From contig CBDFLJ010000002.1 in assembly GCA_965248835.1 (NCBI GenBank), positions 992,001 to 1,056,000 on the forward strand: DNA of 64,000 nucleotides, in the 5' to 3' direction. The DNA is from Alphaproteobacteria bacterium. GTDB lineage: Bacteria > Pseudomonadota > Alphaproteobacteria > MPNO01. Made by a program: the position numbers and the translations under genes. The notes beneath the pieces were generated by a model. That model had not been told where the DNA came from and ran no database searches. It worked only from the letters and a program-made list of their open reading frames with translations. Of this stretch, positions 28,519 through 38,760 are shown in pieces (the stretch's first letter is position 1; every line of letters begins with the position of its first letter).

Positions 28519-29727
28519 TCAGGTCGGCTGCATAGCCACGCGCTCGATCGGCTTGTCGTTGATCGGCCAGTGGATCAGCGCCGCGACGATCCCGAGCACG
28601 ATCGCCAACCACCAGGCGGTGTCGTAGCTGCCGGTCCGGTCATAGAACAAGCCGCCCAACCAGACGCCGCAGAAGCTGCCAAGCTGATGGCTGAACACGA
28701 CGATGGCGAACAGGGTCGCCATGTAGCGCGGCCCGAAGATCTGCGCGACGATGCCGCTGGTCAGCGGCACCGTCGACAGCCACAGCAACCCCAGGATGGC
28801 GCAGAAGATCAGTACCGAGGCCTGGCTGACCGGGACCTGGAGGAAGACCAGGAACAGGATCGCGCGGAGCATGTAGAGCAGGCTGAGGAGGTAGGTCTTG
28901 CGGAACCGCCCGCCAAGCCATCCCGCGCCCAGCGTGCCGATGAGGTTGAACAGCCCGATCGTGGCCAGCGCCCAGGCGGCGAGCCAGGGTGCGGCGCCCG
29001 AATCGGTGAGGAACCCGGGTAGATGGGTGCCGATGAACTGGACCTGGAAGCCGCAGACGAAGAACCCGATCACCAGCAGCCAGTAGCCGCGGTGGCTGCC
29101 GGCCTCGCTCAGCACTGCGCCCAGGCTTTGCGGTGTCGGCCGGCTCAGCGCCTCGGAGGATCCGGCGCGCAGCGCCAGGCAGAGCGGCACCATGACCGCG
29201 ACGATGACCGACAGGATCACGATTCCGTTCGACCAGCCGTAGCCCGAGATAAGGCCCTGGCTGATCGGCGCGAAGGCAAATTGTCCGGCCGAGGCGCCGG
29301 CGGTCGCGATGCCGAGCCACAGGCTGCGCCGGGCATCGGTGGCCACGCGGCCGATCAGCGCCAGCGGCAGCGTGAAGCCGATGCCGGACAGGCCGAGACC
29401 GACGATCAACCCGGCGCTCAGGATCATGGTTTCCGGCGTCGTCGACAACGAGATCAGCCACATGCCGACGGCATAAAGGACGCCGGTGATCGCCATCATC
29501 CGGATCGTGCCCCACCGATCCGCGATCGCGGCGACGAACGGCGCCGCCGCACCCATGACAAGGTTCTGGATTGCCAGGGCGATCGAGAACTCGGTACGGC
29601 CCCAGCCGAGATCGTCGCTCAGCGGGACCAGAAAAAGGCCGAAATTCTGACGCGTGCCGCTGGCGATCAACATGATCACCACGCCGCCGATCAGGACGAA
29701 GAGGGGCGTGCGCCAGAACGCTTTCAT
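28519..29727 (-). CDS. MFS transporter
   Basis: About 12 TM segments; RQNFGLF, ADRWG, GFFVCGFQ, HQLGSF.G. Confidence 0.92.
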   Translation of the reverse strand: MKAFWRTPLFVLIGGVVIMLIASGTRQNFGLFLVPLSDDLGWGRTEFSIALAIQNLVMGAAAPFVAAIADRWGTIRMMAITGVLYAVGMWLISLSTTPETMILSAGLIVGLGLSGIGFTLPLALIGRVATDARRSLWLGIATAGASAGQFAFAPISQGLISGYGWSNGIVILSVIVAVMVPLCLALRAGSSEALSRPTPQSLGAVLSEAGSHRGYWLLVIGFFVCGFQVQFIGTHLPGFLTDSGAAPWLAAWALATIGLFNLIGTLGAGWLGGRFRKTYLLSLLYMLRAILFLVFLQVPVSQASVLIFCAILGLLWLSTVPLTSGIVAQIFGPRYMATLFAIVVFSHQLGSFCGVWLGGLFYDRTGSYDTAWWLAIVLGIVAALIHWPINDKPIERVAMQPT

Positions 29728-30076
29728 GACCATCTGCCGCGCTTCCGGAGATTGGTGAATCTTCAGGGCATTTAGGGTAGCGGGCGTGCCCGGTCAATTC
29801 GCGGCCCTGCCGCTTCAACCGGAATTTCTCAAGGGTCGCCGCCCGACGGCGCATTGCCGCCGCAAGCAGGTCTTCTTTGGCGGGGGACAACAGGCCCGGC
29901 ATGTTCTCTCCGCGTTCTCAGTCGCGGAGACCCCAAGCACGGTTTCGTGATGTAAGACAAGGCCCGAAAAGTCTGATCAGGTCTGACAGATCGAGGGTGT
30001 GCGGAGGGGGATTAGGGGGTGGGCGCCCGGATCGTGTGGTCGCAGATACGAGAAAGTGCGGCCCGTGGACCGCCCC

Positions 30077-30646
30077 CTACCTAAAAGAGATATTGCCCAC
30101 CATGCCAGACTCATAGTGGCCCGGAATGTTGCAGGCGAATTCGAGCGTGGCGTCAGAACTGAACTTCCAGACGATTTCGCCAGATTTTTTAGGTTCCAGG
30201 AGAACGCTGTTGGGGTCGTTGTGCTCCATGGTTTTGCCGCCGCCCATGTCCATCTTCATCTGGGCATAGTTGATCTTGTCCGGTTCCAGCACCCCATGCT
30301 CGACCATCAACATCATTTCTTTCTGATGGGCTTTATGCATTTTGGCTGTGCCGATATTGAATTCGTGGACAAAATCGCCTTTGTTTTGCAAGGCGAAACG
30401 AATGGTCTCGCCTTTTCTGATCTCGATGTTTTCTGACGAATAGCGGTTATCGGTCAATATAACGGTAATCGTCCGGCTTATCTCAGAAGCCTTGCCGGGT
30501 TCACCGATATTGGCCCCACCTCCATGACCGTGTCCACCACTGTGTTTCCCCGCCGCTAAAACGCCGGGTGAGGCGGACAAGGTTAAAGCCAAAACTGCAG
30601 CAGCGATTAACTTGGAAATAGGAGTCGTATTTTCGCGAGTACGCAT
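30077..30646 (-). CDS. Periplasmic cupredoxin (CopI-like)
   Basis: Signal peptide, His-rich N-terminus, HEF, Met-rich loop, FACNIPGHYESGM type 1 Cu site; AT-richer. Confidence 0.88.
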   Translation of the reverse strand: MRTRENTTPISKLIAAAVLALTLSASPGVLAAGKHSGGHGHGGGANIGEPGKASEISRTITVILTDNRYSSENIEIRKGETIRFALQNKGDFVHEFNIGTAKMHKAHQKEMMLMVEHGVLEPDKINYAQMKMDMGGGKTMEHNDPNSVLLEPKKSGEIVWKFSSDATLEFACNIPGHYESGMVGNISFR

Positions 30647-31444
30647 AGTCGATTTCTCCGTGTGTCGAGATTGAACCGGGATTCCCCGGATGGCTTCTCC
30701 CAACCGCCGACAATGATAGCAGAATGGGCATCCGACCGCGAACCCGGCCCTGAGCTGTCATGAAAGGCTGTAGTCCGCACTCGACCGGGCTGATTTGGTG
30801 ATGAGAAGCCCGGCCCGGTGGCCACGCCGCATTGTGAGGGCGCACTTCGACCTGCGCCGCACACACCTGTCCTGTCGGGCGACCTGGATGCTACTGGATG
30901 GGCCGCTGTCATGGCGGCAAAGGGGCCGGCCGCAGCTCATCGATGAGGCGGAGGATTTTTCGGAACAGCTCCCTCGGCACCGCAACCTCCGCCAGCTGGA
31001 AAGTGACATACCGGCCGTGGCTCACGACCTTGGCGCCAATCTTGATCACCCTTGATCGGCTTTGCCGCTCAAGCCCTGAGCGTGGTCAGAGACCAGTGCT
31101 CCATCGCCTTCGCCAAGGCCAGGGTGCGCATGAAGTTGCCGAGGTTGTAAGCCAGGGCGTGAAGCTGAAGCCGGACCTCGTTGTTGCGGAACTTCCGGCA
31201 CGAGAGGCGCGTCCACCGGATGGCGTTCTTACCTTACCTTGATGTGCTGCTCCGCCGTGCCCCGCTGGGTGTAAAAGTCGACCCCGCGTTCGGCGGGACG
31301 GCTCAGGTTGGTCACGCTTGAGCCGCGAAGCGGGTCAAGGCCGCCTCGGGGAACCGGTTCCCCAGGATGCCATTCAACCTTGGCGACCACCCGGCGCTTC
31401 CGGTCCCACGAGGCGGCCTGATAGCTGAAGCCGGCGTGGAAACG

Positions 31445-31526
31445 GCGTGGTCGTGTCGAGGCCGGAATGGGCAATTGCCGGCGTTGCCGCCAACGCAAGA
31501 AGTCCGGCCAGCAGAATCGCCTTCAT
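31445..31526 (-). pseudogene. Truncated CopC-like 5' fragment
   Basis: GAGGGG RBS; MKAILLAGLLALAATPAIA-HSGLDTTTP gives a signal peptide plus N-terminal His; abuts transposase sequence. Confidence 0.55.
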
Positions 31527-31536
31527 GGTAGTCCCC

Positions 31537-31959
31537 TCATCGGATGCCGTTGGCCCGCTGGAGTTCCCGGACATAGGCCACGATCGCCGCCACATCGCGG
31601 CGGGTCAGCCCCTCGACCGGCGGCATGTCCCCGAAACGCCAGTGGTGAGCCCGGACGCCCCGGGCGACAGCCCGCTGAAACGACTCGTCGCCATGATGCC
31701 CGGGCTCGTAGATGACGTGGATCAGCGGCGGGGCGATCCCTTCCTGTCCCGCGGCATTCCGGCCATGGCAGGCGCCACAGTTCGCTTCATAGGCCTTCTG
31801 CCCGAGCCGCGCCCGTGCCGAGAGGGTTCCCGGCACGCTGACCGACACGATCGGCGGTCCGCCGCCGGTGGAGTCGTCGCGGTCGCCGAAATAGAGGTAT
31901 CCCGCTACGCCGCCGGCGGCGGCCAGGACGAGCAGGATCGCGCCCCGCCTCAGTGACAT
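31537..31959 (-). CDS. Monoheme cytochrome c
   Basis: N-terminal TM segment, NCGACHG, HHW.FGDMPP, YVRELQRANGI. Confidence 0.85.
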   Translation of the reverse strand: MSLRRGAILLVLAAAGGVAGYLYFGDRDDSTGGGPPIVSVSVPGTLSARARLGQKAYEANCGACHGRNAAGQEGIAPPLIHVIYEPGHHGDESFQRAVARGVRAHHWRFGDMPPVEGLTRRDVAAIVAYVRELQRANGIR

Positions 31960-32396
31960 GCCCGCCCGAGCGCCTTCAGCCGCCAGTAGTTATAGGGGAG
32001 CGGGGTGACGAAGCCGGCGGCCAGCATGATCGGCACCACCCACCAGGTGAGCACGGCGCCGCCGGTCAGCGCCCAGTCCACCGCGTTCATCATGGCTTCC
32101 ATGGAAACCATCGAGATGAAGGACATCCCGATCGCCGTCCGGAACGCAGTGCCGAGATCCATCTGCCGGACCAGGATGAACGTCTCGAGCGCGATCGAGG
32201 TCAGCAGACCGTTGACGATCGCGAGGATCATGATCGCCGTCGTCGGCCATGGGATGCCGGTGAACTGGAAGAAGACGATGGTCGCGAAATCGCCGATGGC
32301 GCAGCCCAGCAGGCACCAGGCCGTGTTCTTCGCTGCCCGGCGCCATGTTTGGCGGCACCGCCAGTCGATGGCAATGTTTCCGGCTAGGGCTACCAC
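31950..32396 (-). CDS. DUF4396-like membrane protein (start uncertain)
   Basis: TAWCLLGCAIGD, SFISMVSME..MN, GFVTPLPYNYWRL. Confidence 0.75.
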   Translation of the reverse strand: MVALAGNIAIDWRCRQTWRRAAKNTAWCLLGCAIGDFATIVFFQFTGIPWPTTAIMILAIVNGLLTSIALETFILVRQMDLGTAFRTAIGMSFISMVSMEAMMNAVDWALTGGAVLTWWVVPIMLAAGFVTPLPYNYWRLKALGRACH

Positions 32397-33014
32397 TTTG
32401 ACACCTCTTCGTTCGTCGCTGCTTGCAACCTAATCTTTCCGGTAACCAGAGAGTCAACGGGGCGACAATGAATATTTCCACCGCGTCGGAAACCGCCTGC
32501 CGGTTCGTACTGTCCTTCCGCGTGGTCATGCATCCCTCCCAATCAAAATGCATGCCACGAAGATCCAGTTACACAGCGAATCGGACACCCCCTTCGGTCT
32601 TGAAGCGCCCCATCTGACTGGTCGATGCAGCAGCCTTGGCCACGGCGCGACCGCCGACGATCCAGCGCATCGCCGGATCACGACCCAGGCGGTCGGCGTC
32701 GTTCACCTCCTCGTAGCCGCCAAGGCGGCCGAAGACGGACTGCCGGAACAAGCCCTTCATCGCCCACCGTTAGGGTCAGGCCGGGGACATCATCGGGTTC
32801 GCGATAGGCCGGCAATCCGGTGTCGGACGTGACTTTGGAACCGTGGAACTCCAGCTTCAGGCGGCGGTCGAAATCCAGCCTCGGAACTCCATCTTTCGCT
32901 TCACCCATCGGGTGAGCCATGTCAACACCCCAAATCCGCCTATAACGCTTTGATTCTTATCCAAAATCATGTTCATGTGTCACTAAGCCATAGGCTTATC
33001 TGGGAAATGCGGTC

Positions 33015-34706
33015 TCAAAGGTAGTAGATCAGCAGGAAAGCCCCCAGGAGCACCGCCACCCACAGCGTCGTCGAGCCGAGCGGCCAGGTCCGCGCCAGGG
33101 TGCCCTCGGGTTCGTGGTGGCGTATCACCGAGTCCAGGACCCTGCGCATCCCACCCTGCAGCATGTTTAGAAAGAAGACCCACACACCCCACACCAGATG
33201 CCATGTCCGGTCGATCAGCAGGGGCAGGAAGCGGCGATAGATCCAGTCGGAATCGAGGTTGGTCGAGCGTAATTCCGGCGGGTAGATGCGGTAGCGGATC
33301 AGCACCGAGAAGGCGAGCGCGGAAAACATCAGGAGCTGGAGCTGGCCGATCACGTGGGTCGGCGTGTAGGGCTCGTAAGAGACCGGGTGCGGCAGGATCG
33401 AATAGAGCATCGGCGAATAGACGCCCAGCGCGATGCAAAGGAACGCGGTGATGCCCATGGCCACCAGCATGTTCAGGGGCGCCTCCTGGCAGCGCTTGCC
33501 CGAATCGTGGGCGAAGAAGGCGAAATAGGGGATCTTGATGCCGGAATGGTGGAAGACGCCGGCCGAGGCGAACATCAGGATCAGCCAGACAGCCATATAG
33601 CCGTCATGGGCGACCGCGGACAACGTCAGCGACTTGGCGACGAATCCCGAGAACAGGGGAAAAGCCGAGATCGAGGCCGCGCCGATGATGCAGAAGACGC
33701 AGGTCAGGGGCATCGATTTGTAGAGGCCGCCGAGCTCCGAGCCCTTTATCGTACCCACTCTGTGAAGAACCGCCCCCATCGACATGAACAACAGGGCTTT
33801 ATAGAGGATATGAGCGAAAGCGTGCCCGGCCGCGCCGTTGATCGCGAGCGGCGTGCCGATGCCGACGCCGACGACCATGAACCCGAGCTGGTTGTTGAGG
33901 CTGTAGGCCAGCACCCGCCTGAGGTCGTTCTCGATCACCGCATAGAAGATCGGAAACGCCGTCATCGCCGCACCGAGATAGATCAGGAGCTCAGTCCCCG
34001 GGAAGCCGCGGGCCAGCGCGTATACGGCGGCCTTGGTGGTGAACGCGCTGAGGAAGACGGTCCCGGTCACCGTCGCCTCCGGATAGGCGTCCTGCAGCCA
34101 GTTGTGGAGGAAAGGAAAGGCGCACTTGATGCCGAAGGCAAGGAAGATCAGCCAAGCTGCCGGAGAGTCGAGACTCATCTTCTCGAAGGCGATCGAGCCG
34201 GTCGCCTGGACCTGGAGGATTGCGCCCGACAGCAGCAGCACGCCCGAGCCGATCTGGATGATCAGATAGCGCATGCCCGCGCGGTACGCCCGATCACCGC
34301 CGCGGGCCCAGATCAGGAACACCGAGGTGATCGCCATCGCCTCCCAATAGACGAACAGCGTCACCAGGTCGCCGGCGAACACCGCGCCGATGCCGCTGCC
34401 GGCATACATCATCCCGGCCACCTGCTGGACGGCATCGCGCAGGTGCAGGGCGTAGACCGCGCCGAGTATCGCAGCGATATGGAAAATGTAGCCGAAGATC
34501 AGGCTCAGCCTGTCGGCGCGCACCGGGACGATCTCCGCCCCGAAGAAGGTGAACGCCAGATGGGTGCCCGGCTCCAGCGCGATCACCCCCCACAACCCGA
34601 TGACCGGCAGCACGACCGTCCAGGCCAGCCGCGCAGCGCCCGGAATGAACGGTATCAGGACCGCGCCCGCGATCAGCAACAGCCCGGGGGGGAGGCTAGC
34701 GATCAT
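33015..34706 (-). CDS. mrpD: Mrp Na+/H+ antiporter subunit D-like (third paralog)
   Basis: WEAM, HNWLQDAYPEA, SAFTTK, RRVLAYS, HILYKALLFM, PLFSGFVAK. Confidence 0.9.
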   Translation of the reverse strand: MIASLPPGLLLIAGAVLIPFIPGAARLAWTVVLPVIGLWGVIALEPGTHLAFTFFGAEIVPVRADRLSLIFGYIFHIAAILGAVYALHLRDAVQQVAGMMYAGSGIGAVFAGDLVTLFVYWEAMAITSVFLIWARGGDRAYRAGMRYLIIQIGSGVLLLSGAILQVQATGSIAFEKMSLDSPAAWLIFLAFGIKCAFPFLHNWLQDAYPEATVTGTVFLSAFTTKAAVYALARGFPGTELLIYLGAAMTAFPIFYAVIENDLRRVLAYSLNNQLGFMVVGVGIGTPLAINGAAGHAFAHILYKALLFMSMGAVLHRVGTIKGSELGGLYKSMPLTCVFCIIGAASISAFPLFSGFVAKSLTLSAVAHDGYMAVWLILMFASAGVFHHSGIKIPYFAFFAHDSGKRCQEAPLNMLVAMGITAFLCIALGVYSPMLYSILPHPVSYEPYTPTHVIGQLQLLMFSALAFSVLIRYRIYPPELRSTNLDSDWIYRRFLPLLIDRTWHLVWGVWVFFLNMLQGGMRRVLDSVIRHHEPEGTLARTWPLGSTTLWVAVLLGAFLLIYYL

Positions 34707-34965
34707 AATAGTCTTCGCCCCGCATCACGAGCTTGCGGATCTCCTTGGCCGCCAGCACAAGGAAGACGCAGCACACGAAGCCATAGATGCCGTAGAAGCC
34801 GAAATAATGCTCGATCTCGGACTCCACGTGCTTTTCGTAGAAGAAATCGAGCAGCAGCAGCACGGCGCAGACGCCGACCACCGACCAGTAGACCTTGGTC
34901 ACGCTGCCGGGCCTGTCGAGCCAGTAACGCTTGTCGTCTTCCGGCGGTCGGTTCTCGGTGCTCAT
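34696..34965 (-). CDS. Small two-TM protein within the mrp operon
   Basis: WLDRP..V, FGFYGIYGF, VMRGEDYYD; overlaps the downstream mrpD start. Confidence 0.75.
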   Translation of the reverse strand: MSTENRPPEDDKRYWLDRPGSVTKVYWSVVGVCAVLLLLDFFYEKHVESEIEHYFGFYGIYGFVCCVFLVLAAKEIRKLVMRGEDYYDR

Positions 34966-34978
34966 CGCGCGGCTGACC

Positions 34979-36505
34979 TCAGCGTTGTGCGATCGGGGCG
35001 AGGAAGGCCGCGATGTCGTCCGCGGCAATGAACAGGATCAGGCAGCCGAGCGCCGTCAGGCACAGCGGCACGACGCAGAACATCGGCGCCTCGCCGTGGT
35101 CCCGGTCGTGGTGGCGTTGGTGGTGATCGTCGGGCGGGGCGGGCGCCGCGCCGACCGCCTGGGGCTGCGCTGCGCCGGCCTGCCGATCGCTGGGGACGAA
35201 GGCGCGCGCGGCGACGGGGATCAGGTAGGCGACGTTGAGCAGCGAGCTCACCATCAAGACGGCGATGAAGATCAGCTCCCCCGCATCCGCCGCGCCGACG
35301 CCCAGGAACCACTTGCTCCAGGCGCCGCCCATCGGCGGCAGCCCGGTGACGCTGAGCGCGCCGACGGCGAAGGCGGCAAAGGTCAGCGGCATCCGCCGTC
35401 CGAGCCCGCCCATGTCGCTGATCTCGGTCTTGTGCGAGGCGACCAGGATGGCACCGGCACAGAAGAACAGCGTGATCTTGCCGAAGGCGTGCATGGCGAT
35501 ATGCATCGCCCCGCCGATCACGCTCCAGGTGGTCGCCAGCGCTGCGCCGAGGACGACGTAGCTGAGCTGGCTTATCGTCGAATAGGCGAGCCGGGCCTTG
35601 AGGTTGTCCTTGGTGAGCGCGACCACCGAGGCGACGATGATCGTCGTGCCGGCGACGTACATCAGCCAGGTGCTCGCCCCGGTCTCGCGCAAATAGTCGA
35701 TGCCGAAGATGTAGATCGCGACCTTGAGGACGGTGAACACCCCCGCCTTGACGACGGCCACGGCATGGAGCAGCGCGCTGACCGGGGTGGGGGCGACCAT
35801 GGCCGCAGGCAGCCAACGGTGGATCGGCAGCAGCGCCGCCTTGCCGATGCCGTACATGTACAGGAACAGCAGAACGACCAGCGGGAAGCCCTCGACCTTG
35901 CCGGCCAGGATGCCGCCCGGCGTGAATTCGAGCGTCCCCGCGGCGACCCAGGTCCACAGGATGCCGACGAGCTGCAGCCCGATCGAGGTCGCGAGCAGGA
36001 TGCCGAGATAGGTTCGCCCGGCCCGCATCGACTCCGGCGACCGGTGATGGGTGACCAGAGGATAGGTCGACAGCGTCAGCACCTCGTAGGCGATGAACAG
36101 GGTCATCATGTTGCCGGCCATCGCGACCCCGAGCGCGGCCGAGATCGCGACCGCGAAGCAGACGTAGAATCGGGTCTGGTTCTCCTCGTGATGGCCGCGC
36201 ATGTAACCGATGGAATAGAACGAGGTGATGATCCACAGGAACGAGGCCACCAGCGCGAACAGCATGCCCAGCGGCTCGACCTCGAAGCGCAGCTTCAGCC
36301 CCGGCACGAGATCGAACAGCACGAGGCTCGGCCTGCCGCCGGCGTCGACCTCGGGAAAGATTGCAAGGACGGCGAGGAACGTCACTGCCGCCGCCACGAT
36401 GGTCGCCGTCTCGCGCATGTTGGGCCAGCGGTCGAGCAGCCGAATCGCCACCGCGCCCGCCAGGGGCGCCAACAGGGCCGTGGCGATTGCCGTCGCAGGG
36501 CTCAC
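34979..36505 (-). CDS. mrpD: Mrp antiporter subunit D-like (second paralog)
   Basis: YEVLT, HRWLPAAMVAPTPVSALLHAVAVVKAG, LAYSTISQL, HAFGKITLF. Confidence 0.9.
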   Translation of the reverse strand: MSPATAIATALLAPLAGAVAIRLLDRWPNMRETATIVAAAVTFLAVLAIFPEVDAGGRPSLVLFDLVPGLKLRFEVEPLGMLFALVASFLWIITSFYSIGYMRGHHEENQTRFYVCFAVAISAALGVAMAGNMMTLFIAYEVLTLSTYPLVTHHRSPESMRAGRTYLGILLATSIGLQLVGILWTWVAAGTLEFTPGGILAGKVEGFPLVVLLFLYMYGIGKAALLPIHRWLPAAMVAPTPVSALLHAVAVVKAGVFTVLKVAIYIFGIDYLRETGASTWLMYVAGTTIIVASVVALTKDNLKARLAYSTISQLSYVVLGAALATTWSVIGGAMHIAMHAFGKITLFFCAGAILVASHKTEISDMGGLGRRMPLTFAAFAVGALSVTGLPPMGGAWSKWFLGVGAADAGELIFIAVLMVSSLLNVAYLIPVAARAFVPSDRQAGAAQPQAVGAAPAPPDDHHQRHHDRDHGEAPMFCVVPLCLTALGCLILFIAADDIAAFLAPIAQR

Positions 36506-37986
36506 GGTCCACCGCCCATCAGAGCGCGCGCGGCGTGTCCGGCGACACCGACGCTGAGCGAGGTCTCGATCCCGAAATAGATGTTCAGCACGACCAGGGT
36601 CCAGGTCGGGATCAGCAGCGAGGCCGGCGCCTCGTCCCTGGCCAGCCCGGCGGCGTCTGCCGGCGGCTCGCGGAAATAGGCGTACTCGACCACCCGCCAG
36701 ACATAAATGACCGCGAGCAGCGAGCTTGCCACGATCAGAACAGCGAGGATCCACAAACCGCCTTTCAGGGCCGCCAGGATCAGGTACCACTTGGAGATGA
36801 AGCCCGCGGTCAGCGGAATGCCGATCAGGCTCAGGCCGCCGATCACGAAGGCGGCCATGGTCCAGGGCATGCGCCGGCCCAGCCCCGCGAAGTCGCCGAT
36901 CCGGAACGAAGACTGGCGGTAGGCGATGCAGCCGATGACCAGGAACAGCGCCCCCTTCATCAGCGCGTGGTTGAACAGGTGCAGGATCGAGGCCGTCAGC
37001 CCGTCGATCGAGACCAGGCTGATGCCGAGCACCATGTAGCCGATCTGGGCGACTGAGGAGTAGGCGAGCATGCGTTTGACGCTGTCCTGGAAGATCGCGA
37101 TGGTCGAGGCGACGAACATCGCCAGGATCGCCAGCACCATCAGCGGCTCGGCCGTGGGCAGGATCTCGAAGGAGAACTTGACGCCGAAAACGGTGAACAG
37201 GAACCGGATCAGGACGTAGACGGCAACCTTTGTCGCGGTCGCGGCCAGGAAGGCGCTGACCGAGGACGGCGCGTAGGTGTAGGCCTTGGGCAGCCAGAAA
37301 TGGAGCGGGAACAGCGCGAGCTTGATCGCCGTCCCGATCAGCAGGAACGCGAAAGCCGCGATCACCGTGCGGTTGTAGCCCGTCGCCGGCAGCCGCTCGG
37401 CGATGTCGTTCATGTTGAGCGTGCCGGTCGCGCCGTAGATCAGCCCGATACCGATGACGATGAACGTGGCGCCGATGGTTCCGACCACAAGGTATTGATA
37501 GGCCGCGGTCAGTGCCCGGCGATGGGGGCCGAGGCTGATCAGGATGTAGGACGACAGCGAAGAAATCTCGAGGAATACAAAGAGGTTGAACGCGTCGCCG
37601 GTGATCGCGACGCCCAGAAGCCCGGTCAGGCACAGCAGGAACGCGCAGTAGAACAGATAGGCCCGCTCGTGGACCATCTCGATCAGCAGGCTGGAACGGG
37701 TGAACGGCAGCACCACCGCGCCGATCCCGCTGACGATCAGCAGGACGAACGCGTTGAGCGAATCGACCCGGTACTCGATCCCCCAGGGCGCGGCCCAGCC
37801 GCCGAGCTCGTAGCTGATCGGCCCCGACGTCAGCACCTGGTCGAGCAGCAGGCAGGAGACCAGGAATGCCGCCCAGGCGGTGGTCAGCGCCACCGCGAAG
37901 GCCAGGTCCCGGCCGCGGACCAGGATGCAGGCCGGCGCCGCGATCAGCGTGATGATGACCTGGAGCGCGGGCAGATGGGCGATCAT
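36502..37986 (-). CDS. mrpD: Mrp antiporter subunit D
   Basis: GIEYRVD, DAFNLFVFLEI, PLHFWLP, KRMLAYSS, HALMKGALF. Confidence 0.92.
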   Translation of the reverse strand: MIAHLPALQVIITLIAAPACILVRGRDLAFAVALTTAWAAFLVSCLLLDQVLTSGPISYELGGWAAPWGIEYRVDSLNAFVLLIVSGIGAVVLPFTRSSLLIEMVHERAYLFYCAFLLCLTGLLGVAITGDAFNLFVFLEISSLSSYILISLGPHRRALTAAYQYLVVGTIGATFIVIGIGLIYGATGTLNMNDIAERLPATGYNRTVIAAFAFLLIGTAIKLALFPLHFWLPKAYTYAPSSVSAFLAATATKVAVYVLIRFLFTVFGVKFSFEILPTAEPLMVLAILAMFVASTIAIFQDSVKRMLAYSSVAQIGYMVLGISLVSIDGLTASILHLFNHALMKGALFLVIGCIAYRQSSFRIGDFAGLGRRMPWTMAAFVIGGLSLIGIPLTAGFISKWYLILAALKGGLWILAVLIVASSLLAVIYVWRVVEYAYFREPPADAAGLARDEAPASLLIPTWTLVVLNIYFGIETSLSVGVAGHAARALMGGGP

Positions 37987-38339
37987 ATCACCGGCCCGTC
38001 CTGGTCCTCGATCTCGTCCTCCTCGATGGTGCCGTAGGCTTCGCGGATCCGCACCACCAGCGCCAGGCCGAGCGCGGTGGTGGCGATGCCGACGACGATC
38101 GCGGTCAGGATCAGGACGTGGGGCAGGGGGTTGGAGTAGACCTCGATCCCCTCGCCGATGATCGGCGCGGTGCCCTCGCGCACCTTGCCCATCGAGATGT
38201 ACAGAACGAACACCGCGGCCTGGAAGATCGAAAGCCCGACCAGTTTCTTGATCAAATTGCCGTGCTCGACCACGATGTAGAGCCCGGCCATCATCAGGAA
38301 GATGACGATCCAGTAGTTGTAGAGGCCGAGCACGCCCAT
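37983..38339 (-). CDS. mrpC: Mrp antiporter subunit C
   Basis: NLIKKLVGL, NPLPHVLILTAIVVG. Confidence 0.93.
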   Translation of the reverse strand: MGVLGLYNYWIVIFLMMAGLYIVVEHGNLIKKLVGLSIFQAAVFVLYISMGKVREGTAPIIGEGIEVYSNPLPHVLILTAIVVGIATTALGLALVVRIREAYGTIEEDEIEDQDGPVI

Positions 38340-38343
38340 GGTC

Positions 38344-38760
38344 TCAGCGGCCCCGCCCGGCGAAGTAGTAGAAGATCGAGATCATCACCGAGGCGACGGT
38401 CAGCCCGACGCCGAACTCGATCACCAGGATTCCGAGATGCTGGCCGTGGACCGGATCGTGGGCGAGCACGTTGTAGTCGAGATAGTTGCCGCCGTTGATC
38501 AGGCTGACCACGCCGGTCACCGCGTAGATCAGCAGCCCCGCCGCGAAGCCCATCCGCAGCGTGTCCGAGGACACCACCGATCGCAGGACCTCGAGCCCGA
38601 AGATCAGGCCGTAGAGGACGAACCCGGCACCGAAGATGACGCCGGCCTGGAAACCGCCGCCCGGGCCGTAGTCGCCGTGGAACTGGACGTAGAGCGCAAA
38701 CAGCAGGATGAACGGCAGCAGCAGCTTGGCCACCACGCGCAGGACCAGGAAATCGCTCAC
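38344..38760 (-). CDS. mrpB: Mrp antiporter subunit B
   Basis: HGDYGPGGGFQAG, IEFGVG. Confidence 0.9.
   Translation of the reverse strand: MSDFLVLRVVAKLLLPFILLFALYVQFHGDYGPGGGFQAGVIFGAGFVLYGLIFGLEVLRSVVSSDTLRMGFAAGLLIYAVTGVVSLINGGNYLDYNVLAHDPVHGQHLGILVIEFGVGLTVASVMISIFYYFAGRGR

Larger units (their letters stand above)
30676..33012 (-). mobile_element. Split, degenerate IS1380-family element(s): N-terminal part ~32590-32920, C-terminal part ~30920-31445, foreign genes between
   Basis: [73 protein letters not shown]; imperfect TIRs at 30677-30691 and 32998-33012 (11/15). Confidence 0.85.
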
